Positions 1 through 8,786 of a stretch of 64,000 nucleotides of DNA are shown one piece after another. The translations under genes and the position numbers were made by a program. Location of the stretch: contig CAZVMV010000005.1 of NCBI GenBank assembly GCA_964628855.1, forward strand, positions 3,228 through 67,227, in the 5' to 3' direction. The notes under the pieces were generated by a model, which was not told where the DNA came from, made no database searches, and saw nothing but the letters and a program-made list of their open reading frames with translations. The DNA is from an uncultured Gammaproteobacteria bacterium. Lineage in GTDB: Bacteria; Patescibacteriota; Patescibacteriia; UBA10025; JAHIVO01. Numbering within the stretch: the stretch's first letter is position 1; each line of letters opens with the position of its first letter.

Positions 1-2
1 TG

Positions 3-413
3 GAGCTGATAGAATCTATTTTGAGCATTGTCACCAATATGCTGGCTGGGATTGCCGCCATTTCATTGCTAGTCGGCGGCATCGGAGTGATGAATATCAT
101 GCTTGTTTCCGTCACAGAACGCACTCGTGAAGTCGGGTTACGCAAAGCAGTGGGTGCTTCAAATGTGGACATTTTGGTGCAGTTCCTGGTTGAGGCGGTA
201 TTTCTTTCGTCCTTTGGCGGAGCACTGGGTATCGGCTTGGCCTTTATTGGCAGTGCCATATTGAAGACGCAGATTGGCCTAGCGCCCAGCCTGACCATCA
301 GCTCCATATTAATGGCTTTCTGCTTTACTGCTGTCGTAGGGATATTTTTTGGTGTCGCCCCGGCTATCCGGGCGGCTCGACTAAATCCGATTGATGCGTT
401 AAAATACGAATAG
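3..413 (+). CDS. ABC transporter permease, C-terminal part (MacB/FtsX-type); 5' end outside window
   Basis: The frame is open from the window edge. The motif LVSVTERTREVGLRKAVGA followed by TM helices is typical of MacB/FtsX-type permease C-termini. Confidence 0.8.
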   Translation, partial: ELIESILSIVTNMLAGIAAISLLVGGIGVMNIMLVSVTERTREVGLRKAVGASNVDILVQFLVEAVFLSSFGGALGIGLAFIGSAILKTQIGLAPSLTISSILMAFCFTAVVGIFFGVAPAIRAARLNPIDALKYE

Positions 414-454
414 GAGCCCAAGGCCACACGCTATTATTAAAAATGTAGGAGGGG

Positions 455-1141
455 TTGCCCATGATTAGGTTCAAAAACGTAACAAAAGTATATCCGCCTG
501 ACACTAATGCGCTGAAAAACGTCACGCTGTATATACGTGCCGGCGAATTTGTTTCAATCGTCGGCCAGTCTGGTACCGGCAAAACTACGCTTATTAAACT
601 GATAATCGCCGAAGAAAGGCCCACGCGCGGTGAAGTTATTATTGGTGATTGGAATATTACTGACATCAGGCCTTCCGAAGTTCCGATTTTACGTCGGCAG
701 ATCGGGGTTGTGTTCCAGGATTTCAAATTACTGCCCCGCAAAACAATTTTTGAAAACGTCGCGTTTGGCATGGAAGTGGCCGGCATCAGCCAGAAGAGGA
801 TAAAAGATATAGTCCCGCAGGTATTGAAGATAGTCGGACTGGAGAAAAAAATGGACCGTTTCCCCAGACAAGTTTCCGGTGGCGAACAGCAGCGTGCGGT
901 TATTGCCAGGGCATTAGTGCACCGCCCTAAGATTCTAGTCGCTGACGAGCCGACCGGCAATCTGGATTCAATTAATTCCCAAGAAATTATTAACCTGCTT
1001 CTGAAAATAAACGAGTTCGGCACGACTGTCGTCTTGGTGACACATAATCGTGAGATCGTGAATAGCCTCCGTAAGAGAGTTATTACGATTGACCAGGGGA
1101 CCGTGATATCAGATCAAGCCAGCGGAAAATATATTTTATAA
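455..1141 (+). CDS. ftsE: Cell-division ABC ATPase FtsE
   Basis: Walker A GQSGTGKT, signature VSGGEQQR and Walker B ILVADEPTGNLD are present. The gene sits directly upstream of an FtsX-like permease. Confidence 0.9.
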   Translation: MPMIRFKNVTKVYPPDTNALKNVTLYIRAGEFVSIVGQSGTGKTTLIKLIIAEERPTRGEVIIGDWNITDIRPSEVPILRRQIGVVFQDFKLLPRKTIFENVAFGMEVAGISQKRIKDIVPQVLKIVGLEKKMDRFPRQVSGGEQQRAVIARALVHRPKILVADEPTGNLDSINSQEIINLLLKINEFGTTVVLVTHNREIVNSLRKRVITIDQGTVISDQASGKYIL

Positions 1142-1142
1142 T

Positions 1143-2057
1143 ATGTGGCTTTTTTTCACTAGAACAATTAAATTTGCGATGCAGGGTTTTGCCAGAAATA
1201 TCTGGCTGTCCATCGTGACTATCATAATTCTAGTGCTGACGTTGTTGTCTGTTACCACGGCAGCGGGCGTAAATGTACTGGCTGACCAGGCAATTTCTTC
1301 CGTACAGGAAAAAGTGGATGTATCCGTATATTTCAAGCCTGATGTCCAGGAGAAGGATGTATTGAATGTCCAGAACCGTTTGGAATCCATGGGCCAAGTA
1401 AAAGACGTTAATTACACTTCAGCGGCGCAGGCGCTGGAGAATTTCAAGACAAAACATGCCAATGATCCGATCATCCTGGATTCCATCAACCAGCTTGATA
1501 CCAACCCTCTGGGTGCTACCTTGGTGGTAAAAGCCCAATCAATTACGGATTACCCGGCCATCATGTCAATTTTAGACAGCCAGGAATACAGCGCCCTTAT
1601 TCAGGACAAGAATTATGATGATAACCAGATCGTCATCGAGAGGCTGGATAATTTATCCAGCCGCGTCCAGCGGATCGGTTACATAATCAGCGGCGTTTTC
1701 ATAATTATTGCGATCTTGATAATCTTCAACACCATCAGGATAAATATTTACACCCACCGGGAGGAGATTGGCATCATGAAGCTGGTAGGTGCATCAAACT
1801 GGTTTGTCCGCGCGCCTTTCCTGGTGGAAAGTTTGATGTACGGGCTGTTGGCGGTGGTTGTCAGCCTGGCTATCCTTTATCCATTGTTGTCAGTCATCGG
1901 CCCTCAGGTCAACAATTTTTTTGAAGGGTATAACCTGAATTTTTCACAATATTTTTCCACGCAATTTTGGCAAATCGTCGGCTGGCAGGTCCTTTTCGCT
2001 ACAGCACTCAGCGTAGTAAGTTCCTTGATAGCGATTGGCCGTTATTTACGAGTTTAG
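1143..2057 (+). CDS. ftsX: Cell-division permease FtsX
   Basis: It starts 1 nt after the ftsE stop. It has an N-terminal TM helix, a large extracytoplasmic loop and three C-terminal TM helices (MKLVGASNWFVRAPF). Confidence 0.85.
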   Translation: MWLFFTRTIKFAMQGFARNIWLSIVTIIILVLTLLSVTTAAGVNVLADQAISSVQEKVDVSVYFKPDVQEKDVLNVQNRLESMGQVKDVNYTSAAQALENFKTKHANDPIILDSINQLDTNPLGATLVVKAQSITDYPAIMSILDSQEYSALIQDKNYDDNQIVIERLDNLSSRVQRIGYIISGVFIIIAILIIFNTIRINIYTHREEIGIMKLVGASNWFVRAPFLVESLMYGLLAVVVSLAILYPLLSVIGPQVNNFFEGYNLNFSQYFSTQFWQIVGWQVLFATALSVVSSLIAIGRYLRV

Positions 2058-2090
2058 GCTTGACGTTTCGGCGGTGAATATATATGATTC

Positions 2091-2118
2091 TGGAGCGGTT
2101 CACTGGCTCCATTTTTTT
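2091..2118 (+). terminator. Rho-independent terminator after ftsX
   Basis: Stem TGGAGC/GCTCCA (2091-2096 / 2106-2111) is followed by a T7 run at 2112-2118. Confidence 0.6.
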
Positions 2119-2150
2119 AAAAATTTTTTAGAACAATTCACTTCTACCGC

Positions 2151-2221
2151 TGCGGGATCGTCTAATGGCAGGACTCCGCCCTTTGAAGGCGGCTATCCTG
2201 GTTCGAATCCAGGTCCCGCAG
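2151..2221 (+). tRNA. tRNA-Gln (anticodon UUG)
   Basis: A 71-nt cloverleaf was folded by hand. Acceptor is TGCGGGA/TCCCGCA with a U1-A72 pair, the anticodon stem is CCGCC/GGCGG with loop CTTTGAA, and the T arm is CCTGG-TTCGAAT-CCAGG. CCA is not encoded. Confidence 0.9.
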
Positions 2222-2256
2222 CAGTGGAAGGCGACTGATAGGTTAAGTAAAAAAGT

Positions 2257-2613
2257 ATGGTAAAAAAGTTATTAATCGCAATTGTATGTTTGTTAGTGGT
2301 TGCAGTCCCATTGATTTCATCAGCAGTCACAATAAATCCTAACCTAGGATCGACCCTCACCCTCGGAACGGCAGACTTAGAATCAACAGTGATAAAAATA
2401 ATCCAGTGGGCATTAGGTTTTTTGGGATTAATTGCGGTAATAATGATAATATATGGCGGGTTCATGCTACTGACCGTCGGGCAGGGGAACGCTGACCGGG
2501 CGGCATCTTCAAAAACCATCATTATCGCTGCCTCAGTGGGCTTGGTGATTATTCTGATTGCTTGGTCAATTGTCACCTTTGTGGTTAAAACTACAACCAC
2601 TGTTACCCAATAA
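2257..2613 (+). CDS. Small secreted two-TM protein, TrbC/VirB2-type (T4SS-pilin-like)
   Basis: It has a signal-like N-terminus. The segment IIQWALGFLGLIAVIMIIYGGFMLLTVGQGN...SKTIIIAASVGLVIILIAWSIVTFV matches the remembered pattern of the CPR T4SS_pilin family. Confidence 0.5.
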   Translation: MVKKLLIAIVCLLVVAVPLISSAVTINPNLGSTLTLGTADLESTVIKIIQWALGFLGLIAVIMIIYGGFMLLTVGQGNADRAASSKTIIIAASVGLVIILIAWSIVTFVVKTTTTVTQ

Positions 2614-2622
2614 TAAAAAAAT

Positions 2623-3048
2623 ATGGCTGGTTCATGGATTATTCTTGCCATTTTGTCGGCTTTGTTTGCCGCTTTGGTCGCCATTTTCGGAAAAGTAGGC
2701 ATAACAAATCTTGATACCACGCTTGCTACCACGGTCCGCTCCGTGGTAATGGCCGTTTTTTTGGTGCTGACATCGTTAATCCTTGGTAAGGCAAAGCTAT
2801 TGTCCGACATTCATCCGAGGGCAATGCTTTACATTGTTTTGGCAGGAGTCGCCGGGGCCCTGTCCTGGCTGTTTTATTTTTTCGCTTTAAAAAGTGGGCC
2901 GGCGCCAGCAGTCGCTGCACTCGACCGACTAAGCGTTGTTTTTGTCCTGATTCTGGCACTGATTTTTTTAGGCGAACACCTTACTTGGAAAACAGGTCTT
3001 GGAGCATTACTTATCACAGCTGGCGCAGTGTTTATGGTGATGAAATAG
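2623..3048 (+). CDS. EamA/DMT-like small membrane transporter (single EamA domain)
   Basis: It is 141 aa with about 5 TM helices, and the pattern WIILAILSALFAALVAIFGKVG is EamA-like. Confidence 0.6.
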   Translation: MAGSWIILAILSALFAALVAIFGKVGITNLDTTLATTVRSVVMAVFLVLTSLILGKAKLLSDIHPRAMLYIVLAGVAGALSWLFYFFALKSGPAPAVAALDRLSVVFVLILALIFLGEHLTWKTGLGALLITAGAVFMVMK

Positions 3049-3133
3049 TAGAAGTCCAAGAGTATTGACTTTTTGACTTTTTTTTGGTATGATGTAATCA
3101 GGTAGGTTTGTATTGTTTATTACATACAACCGC

Positions 3134-5956
3134 ATGAGGGGGAAAAAAAGTAAAAAAACATTTTTAATCATTTTTAACGCCTGTATTATTGTTGTGGCGG
3201 GTATTTTGTGTTTTTTTGCATTTAATAAATTAGTGAAAGCCCAAACAAATAATGAGTGCTATTTAAACCGTAACGGATGTGAAGTGGTGTTGCTTTCCCC
3301 AGCATCAGGCGCTAACATGGGCGGACAGACCCAGGTACATGTTGGCATTTTGGGTTTGACGCCTAGCAACGTCGCGTCAATCGCTCTTCAGCTTTACCGC
3401 AGTTCTGATACCGATCCATTTAGCACAATGCTATGTAATTCATGGAACAGTGTTTCGCCGAATTATTGGTCTGCGTATTGCGATACAATGGCTATCACGG
3501 AAACCCAACCAATATTTATACAGGTGCACGCATTGGACACGGACGGTAGTGAGATACCCCTCAAGCTTTCAACCAGTACATCAAATACAAATCCGGTGAA
3601 TAATCCGAAATTCGGTTCTTTTTACGTCATGAATATGTTCGGAGGCATGATACCGAGTAGCGTTACAACATTATCCGGATTCCAAAATTTCAGAGCTTAT
3701 TCAACCGGTGATTTGGCCGTCGGACAGCTGGAGTTCGTGCCCTACACTAATCCGGGTTCTGTCGGTCATATTATAGAGCTTGTACGTGATTCGAACACAG
3801 CGGATCCAAACCATAACCGGGAATGGTTTTTTGACGATTATAATACAGCGGATATTCCAAATGGGAATTATTCCGTATTTTTTAGGTATAGACCATTATT
3901 ATCAAGTACGTTTATAAGATCACGAGGATTAGTATTTGGTCCATTGACCGTGTCCAACAGTTGCCCATATCCAGACGGCGAACAAAGGTATGATTGTGGA
4001 CCATGGGAGTCTTGTTTAAATAACATCAGTAGAAGAACATGTAATCTAAAGATCGGCTGCCCATCATCCAGCCAGCCAGTAGCAACCAGCCAATCGTGTG
4101 GTAGCTTGCCAAATTGTACGGGCACAAACCAATGGACTTGCACCGCATGGGATCCGCCAACCTGTACTTCTGGGACAACCCAGACCAGAACTTGCCGGGC
4201 ACCCGAAACTTGCATCCCGACAGAAGTTCAGCCAGCTTATTCACAAACATGTCCTAATAATACTTTACCAACCTGCTCCGGTGACTCGAGCACCTGGTGG
4301 ACTTGTGATAATTGGTCTCCGGTAACATGTACGGTCGGGAACCAGACCAGAACATGCAGGGTGGCGCGCACTGATTGTATGCCTCCTGACACTTCACGCC
4401 CGACTGAAATCAGGGCCTGCTCAAATACCGCTTTGCCGACTTGCCCGTCTACACCTTCGCCATGGAGCTGTACCGCCTGGACACCCGTCGTGTGTTCCAG
4501 CGGCAGTAACCAGACAAGATCATGTACCGTTAACAGGACTGACTGCCTCCCGGCAGCTGGGACGCGTCCTGTTGAATCTCAGCCTTGCACTGGCACGGGA
4601 GAAACGACCATTCCGGCGCCGTCAATTACCGACCCTGTTTCAGGAAGCGTACATAAAAACACCTTATTTGCCGTAAAGGGCAAGACCTTGCCAGGCTACA
4701 GTGTCAGGGTAACAATCAAAAAAACAATTGACGTTGTCGACGGCTCCGTCAATGCCGGTACGGATGGAAATTATTATTACTTACTGAAAACACCCCTCAG
4801 TCCCGGATCTTATCCTGTTTATGTACAGGCTATCTCTCCGGATGGCAAAGCCAGCGCCCCATCTAATATTGTCACAGTCCAATTGGTAAAACCGACAGTT
4901 GGAATTATTGAACCAATTTCAAAGCAGATAGTATTTGGTGATTCGCAAAGGATCTTGGCTAGCGTCGAATATGACGATCCGGAGATGACAGTCGAATTCT
5001 ACCTGCGGCCGACTGATTCGACGGCGAATGAAACTTTATTATGCTCAGGTACAAGGAATGACCAAACCCAGCCAAAATCATGGAATTGCACCTGGAAGAC
5101 TACTCAATATACCGATGGGAATTATTATCTTATGTCGCGCGTGAAAATCCGTACCGGACTAGTTTACGCAAGTCCTATTGTGCCTGTAACAGTACAACAG
5201 ACAGTGAATGCGACATCACAACAGCCGACAAATAGTAATATTTCAGAAACGGACACTGCGGCAGCCGAACAGGCGGTAGATTCGGATGGTGATGGGCTGC
5301 CTGATTCTTTGGAGTCAACGCTAGGCACTGATCCAAATAATATAGATTCGGATGGTGATGGCGTATCCGACGGCATAGAGGCGAACAGCCTGAAAACAAA
5401 TCCACTGGAGGCCAATCCAACGGCAAAATTGCCCACACAGTCCTCCGCAGTTACTGACCAGCTGGAAAAAATTTCTTTTGATGAGCCGATCAAAAGCGGT
5501 ACGCTTGTACCGGATAAACTGAAAGTGAAGACAGTGGAAAATTATTCACCGAAAACCGGCCAGAATAATCTGGTTATCAGCGGTGTCGGTCCGCCGAACA
5601 CCACGGTGTATATTTATATTTATTCAACCCCAGTAGTGGTAACGACCAAAACTGATGAGAGCGGAAATTTCACCTATACTTTGGACAAGAATTTGGCTGA
5701 CGGCCGCCATGAAGTGTATGTGACGGTAAATGACCAGACGGGCAAAGTCCAGGAAAAGAGCTCCCCATTGGCCTTTTTTGTCCGCAAAGCGGTCGCTGTC
5801 TCGGAGACGGATTATTTACGTGGTGATGTAAACGTTTCCTCCTCAGGCGACACTTCTATGAGTCGGTATCTGGTGATCGCCTTGAGTGCCATTGCCGCGG
5901 TAGTAGTCGTACTGCTTGGCGCACGTTATCTAACCAAGAAACAAAAAATTCAATAA
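3134..5956 (+). CDS. Large surface protein: N-terminal TM/signal, TSP1-like Cys repeats, Ig-like regions, TSP3-like Ca-binding motifs, C-terminal TM anchor
   Basis: The long ORF has an ATG at 3134, preferred over the TTG at 3113. The N-terminus reads MRGKKSKKTFLIIFNACIIVVAG and the C-terminus reads YLVIALSAIAAVVVVLLGARYLTKKQK. See the repeat feature for the internal repeats. Confidence 0.8.
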   Translation: MRGKKSKKTFLIIFNACIIVVAGILCFFAFNKLVKAQTNNECYLNRNGCEVVLLSPASGANMGGQTQVHVGILGLTPSNVASIALQLYRSSDTDPFSTMLCNSWNSVSPNYWSAYCDTMAITETQPIFIQVHALDTDGSEIPLKLSTSTSNTNPVNNPKFGSFYVMNMFGGMIPSSVTTLSGFQNFRAYSTGDLAVGQLEFVPYTNPGSVGHIIELVRDSNTADPNHNREWFFDDYNTADIPNGNYSVFFRYRPLLSSTFIRSRGLVFGPLTVSNSCPYPDGEQRYDCGPWESCLNNISRRTCNLKIGCPSSSQPVATSQSCGSLPNCTGTNQWTCTAWDPPTCTSGTTQTRTCRAPETCIPTEVQPAYSQTCPNNTLPTCSGDSSTWWTCDNWSPVTCTVGNQTRTCRVARTDCMPPDTSRPTEIRACSNTALPTCPSTPSPWSCTAWTPVVCSSGSNQTRSCTVNRTDCLPAAGTRPVESQPCTGTGETTIPAPSITDPVSGSVHKNTLFAVKGKTLPGYSVRVTIKKTIDVVDGSVNAGTDGNYYYLLKTPLSPGSYPVYVQAISPDGKASAPSNIVTVQLVKPTVGIIEPISKQIVFGDSQRILASVEYDDPEMTVEFYLRPTDSTANETLLCSGTRNDQTQPKSWNCTWKTTQYTDGNYYLMSRVKIRTGLVYASPIVPVTVQQTVNATSQQPTNSNISETDTAAAEQAVDSDGDGLPDSLESTLGTDPNNIDSDGDGVSDGIEANSLKTNPLEANPTAKLPTQSSAVTDQLEKISFDEPIKSGTLVPDKLKVKTVENYSPKTGQNNLVISGVGPPNTTVYIYIYSTPVVVTTKTDESGNFTYTLDKNLADGRHEVYVTVNDQTGKVQEKSSPLAFFVRKAVAVSETDYLRGDVNVSSSGDTSMSRYLVIALSAIAAVVVVLLGARYLTKKQKIQ
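3962..4590 (+). repeat. Four tandem ~50-56-aa six-cysteine repeats (thrombospondin type-1-like) inside the surface protein
   Basis: The repeats contain W-x-C-x-x-W-x(4)-C-x-x-G-x-x-Q-T-R-x-C, for example QWTCTAWDPPTCTSGTTQTRTC, WWTCDNWSPVTCTVGNQTRTC and PWSCTAWTPVVCSSGSNQTRSC. Confidence 0.75.
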
Positions 5957-7348
5957 ATGAAAATATTTTCCAGGCAATACTTAACATTCCTGAAAAATAA
6001 TATTCAGGTAGTGTATGGGGTGGTGCTGTTGATTGTAATACCCGGCGCTTTGGTCCTGAACACGCTGCTTTTTTTTGGCCGTGCCCGGGATGTCATGGAT
6101 ACGGAACTTTTGCGAAAGGCTGAACTTGCTGACAGTATTTTTTCGACGGAGGTGCCGGCTTTACTCGCTGACCAGACATCCTTGCAGGCAAAGGTGACTG
6201 CCGTCGCCAAATCTACAGATGAGCTGCAAAGTCTGGATGTCCTGGTGCCTGACGGTACGAATTTCAAAATTCTCGCCAGCCTTGATCCGAGCGTGATTGG
6301 CCAGTCCACTGACAAAATTTACAATACTCTCGCCTGGCAGACCAGGGAGAGTAAGGCTTTTTACACGTCATCAAACGCTCTGTCGACAAAGGATGAATCC
6401 ATTATGAGCAGTGAGCGTTTCTGGGTGGTGGTCAAGCCGGTTTTGGACGATTCTGGGAAACCAGTCGCCTTGGCATCTATTAAGTTGTCATCAAAAGTAG
6501 TCGACGACTTGAGTCAGCAGATGTTCAATAGGTCGCTTTATGTCCTGATTGGTTCGATAATAATTATCATTTTATTACTTTTGAACAATACCCGTTTGTT
6601 CCAATATGCTGTCCTGGCAAATAAACTGCGAGAAGTTGATCAGATGAAGGACGAATTCATTTCTATGACATCGCATGAACTTCGGGCGCCAATTACGGGT
6701 ATCCGCGGTTATCTCATGATGATTGAGGACGGGTCTTTTGGCCAATTGCCGGATTTAGCGCATGAAAAGGTCAAGCTCGTATTGGGCGAAACAAATCGTC
6801 TGCATGATTTGGTGGAGGATTTGTTGGATGTTTCACGAATTGAGCAAGGTCGTATGAAATTGGACATCAAGCCGGTATCAGTCCTTGAGGCGGTTGATGG
6901 CGTGCTGATGACTTTCACCCACCAGGCTGAGTCGAAAAAGCTGAAAATCCAGACGGACATCCCTGACAACAGTTTAAGGGCTTTGGCGGACGAAAATAAA
7001 CTAAAGCAGTTATTGGTAAATTTGGTCTCCAATGCCATAAAATATACGCAGAAAGGATCTGTCACCGTTTCTGCCCATACCGTGACTGAAAAAGTGCAGA
7101 TGGTAAAAATTATCGTCGCTGATACCGGTTTGGGTATGTCCGCCAAAAGCCGGGAGAATTTGTTCCAGAAATTTTACAGGGTTAGGACAGAGCAGACCGC
7201 CAATATCACCGGGACCGGGTTGGGCCTGTGGATTACCAAGGCTATCGTTATAATGATGAAAGGCGAAATCTACTGCGACAGTATCGAGGGTGTCGGAACC
7301 CAGATGACGGTGTTGCTGCCTGCTGCCCCTGAAAATAGAAAGAGTTAA
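5957..7348 (+). CDS. Sensor histidine kinase (2 TM, HisKA + HATPase_c)
   Basis: H-box MTSHELRAPITGIRGY, N-box LVSNAIKYT, G1 DTGLGM and G2 GTGLGLWI are present. The ATG directly follows the stop of the upstream gene. Confidence 0.85.
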   Translation: MKIFSRQYLTFLKNNIQVVYGVVLLIVIPGALVLNTLLFFGRARDVMDTELLRKAELADSIFSTEVPALLADQTSLQAKVTAVAKSTDELQSLDVLVPDGTNFKILASLDPSVIGQSTDKIYNTLAWQTRESKAFYTSSNALSTKDESIMSSERFWVVVKPVLDDSGKPVALASIKLSSKVVDDLSQQMFNRSLYVLIGSIIIIILLLLNNTRLFQYAVLANKLREVDQMKDEFISMTSHELRAPITGIRGYLMMIEDGSFGQLPDLAHEKVKLVLGETNRLHDLVEDLLDVSRIEQGRMKLDIKPVSVLEAVDGVLMTFTHQAESKKLKIQTDIPDNSLRALADENKLKQLLVNLVSNAIKYTQKGSVTVSAHTVTEKVQMVKIIVADTGLGMSAKSRENLFQKFYRVRTEQTANITGTGLGLWITKAIVIMMKGEIYCDSIEGVGTQMTVLLPAAPENRKS

Positions 7349-7353
7349 AAAAA

Positions 7354-7899
7354 GTGATGGAATTTGCCAAGCCATCGCTAGTTTTGCATATCTGCTGTGC
7401 CACATGCGCCGCTTATGTATTGGAGGAACTAAAGCAGAGATATGATGTTACGGCTTTATATTACAATCCAAACATTTATCCGGCGGAAGAGTACCAGCGC
7501 CGATTTATTGAATCCAGGGATTATTGCCTTAGACACCAAATCACGTTTATTGAATTAATGCCCGATCAGGACAATTGGTTCGCCGTTACCAAAGGCCACG
7601 AGCACGATCCTGAGAGAGGGAATCGTTGCACAATCTGTTACCAGATGAGGATGGAAAAGACGGCAAAATATGCCAGGGAATATGACTTCGATTGGTTTGG
7701 CACTGATTTGTCGATCAGCCCGCATAAAGATGCCAAACGACTCAACGAAATTGGTTTGGCGCTGGAGAAATTTTACGGGGTGCGGTATTTAGTAGCGGAT
7801 TTCAAGAAACATGACGGGTTCAAGAAGGCGATGGATTTAAGCCGAAAAGAGTGTTTTTACCGTCAAAATTATTGCGGTTGCATGTATAGCATGCGATAA
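7354..7899 (+). CDS. queH: Epoxyqueuosine reductase QueH (DUF208)
   Basis: The motif LHICCATCAAYVLEEL...YYNPNIYPAEEY and C-terminal Cys residues (CTICY, YCGC) are typical of QueH. Confidence 0.8.
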   Translation: MMEFAKPSLVLHICCATCAAYVLEELKQRYDVTALYYNPNIYPAEEYQRRFIESRDYCLRHQITFIELMPDQDNWFAVTKGHEHDPERGNRCTICYQMRMEKTAKYAREYDFDWFGTDLSISPHKDAKRLNEIGLALEKFYGVRYLVADFKKHDGFKKAMDLSRKECFYRQNYCGCMYSMR

Positions 7900-7966
7900 T
7901 TTTTAACGGTGCGAAACGGATTAATTTATGTTATAATTGGGCTATTATTCAAGCCCACTTTTTATT

Positions 7967-8335
7967 ATGCCCTCTGTTGCCATAATTGGTGCTTCCAACA
8001 ATCCTGATAAGTTCGGTTGTAAGGCAGTACATGCGTACCTTAAACAGGGCTGGACAGTTTATCCGATAAATCCCAAGGAGGCCTTAATTAACGATTTACG
8101 GGCTTATAAAAGCGTTTTAGAGGCTCCACAGCCGATCGATAGGGTCAGTCTCTATGTGCCGTCCGATGTTGGCCTGAGCTTGCTACCGGAAATCTCCGCA
8201 GCCAAGCCAAGAGAGTTTTTTATCAATCCAGGGGCAGAAAGCGAAGAGCTGATCCATGAAGCGAAAAAAATCGGACTTGTACCGATATTAGCTTGTTCCA
8301 TAAGGGATATCGGAGAAGACCCGGCGGAATATTAA
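7967..8335 (+). CDS. CoA-binding domain protein (YccU-like)
   Basis: The motif VAIIGASNNPDKFGCKAVHAYLKQGWTVYPINPK is present. The ATG at 7967 is preferred over the TTG at 7937. Confidence 0.75.
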   Translation: MPSVAIIGASNNPDKFGCKAVHAYLKQGWTVYPINPKEALINDLRAYKSVLEAPQPIDRVSLYVPSDVGLSLLPEISAAKPREFFINPGAESEELIHEAKKIGLVPILACSIRDIGEDPAEY

Positions 8336-8345
8336 TAAAAAATAT

Positions 8346-8786
8346 ATGATTTATATCGCTTCCGATTATGCGGGGTATAAGCTAAAGGAAAAGGTAAAAA
8401 TAATTTTATTGTCAAAGAAAATCCGGTTTGAAGATTTGGGCTGCGACTCCGATAAGGTTAAGAACGATTTTCCCGAATTTGCCAAGGCAGTCGCACTGAA
8501 AGTCAGGAAATCGAAAAAAGATCTGGGCATATTGGTGTGCGGGGCAGGTTATGGCATGTGTATCGCCGCCAATCGCCTCAGAGGTATCAGGGCCGTGTCA
8601 GTGTTTAATAGCAAGCAGGCCATGTTCAGCAAGACTCACGACAATGCCAATATCTTGTGTTTGTCCAAATGGATGACCGATCCAGCGGCAGTCAAAGGAA
8701 TTATAAATACTTGGCTGGCGACCAGATTCCGGCCATTGGCCAGGCGAGTACGGAGATTTAAAACTATAGACCGATGGCCACAATAG
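8346..8786 (+). CDS. rpiB: Ribose-5-phosphate isomerase B
   Basis: The RpiB/LacAB pattern is present: IYIASDYAGYKLKE...GILVCGAGYGMCIAANRLRGIRA. Confidence 0.85.
   Translation: MIYIASDYAGYKLKEKVKIILLSKKIRFEDLGCDSDKVKNDFPEFAKAVALKVRKSKKDLGILVCGAGYGMCIAANRLRGIRAVSVFNSKQAMFSKTHDNANILCLSKWMTDPAAVKGIINTWLATRFRPLARRVRRFKTIDRWPQ

Noticed and set aside
2060-2088. A TTGACG-17-TATGAT promoter-like element right after the ftsX stop.
   Set aside because: It lies upstream of the ftsX terminator hairpin (2091-2118), so a transcript from it would terminate at once. It could serve the tRNA only with read-through, so it was left uncalled.
2035-2238. A 67-aa plus-strand ORF spanning the ftsX terminator and the tRNA.
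   Set aside because: It is completely explained by the terminator hairpin and the tRNA-Gln gene, and it has no RBS.
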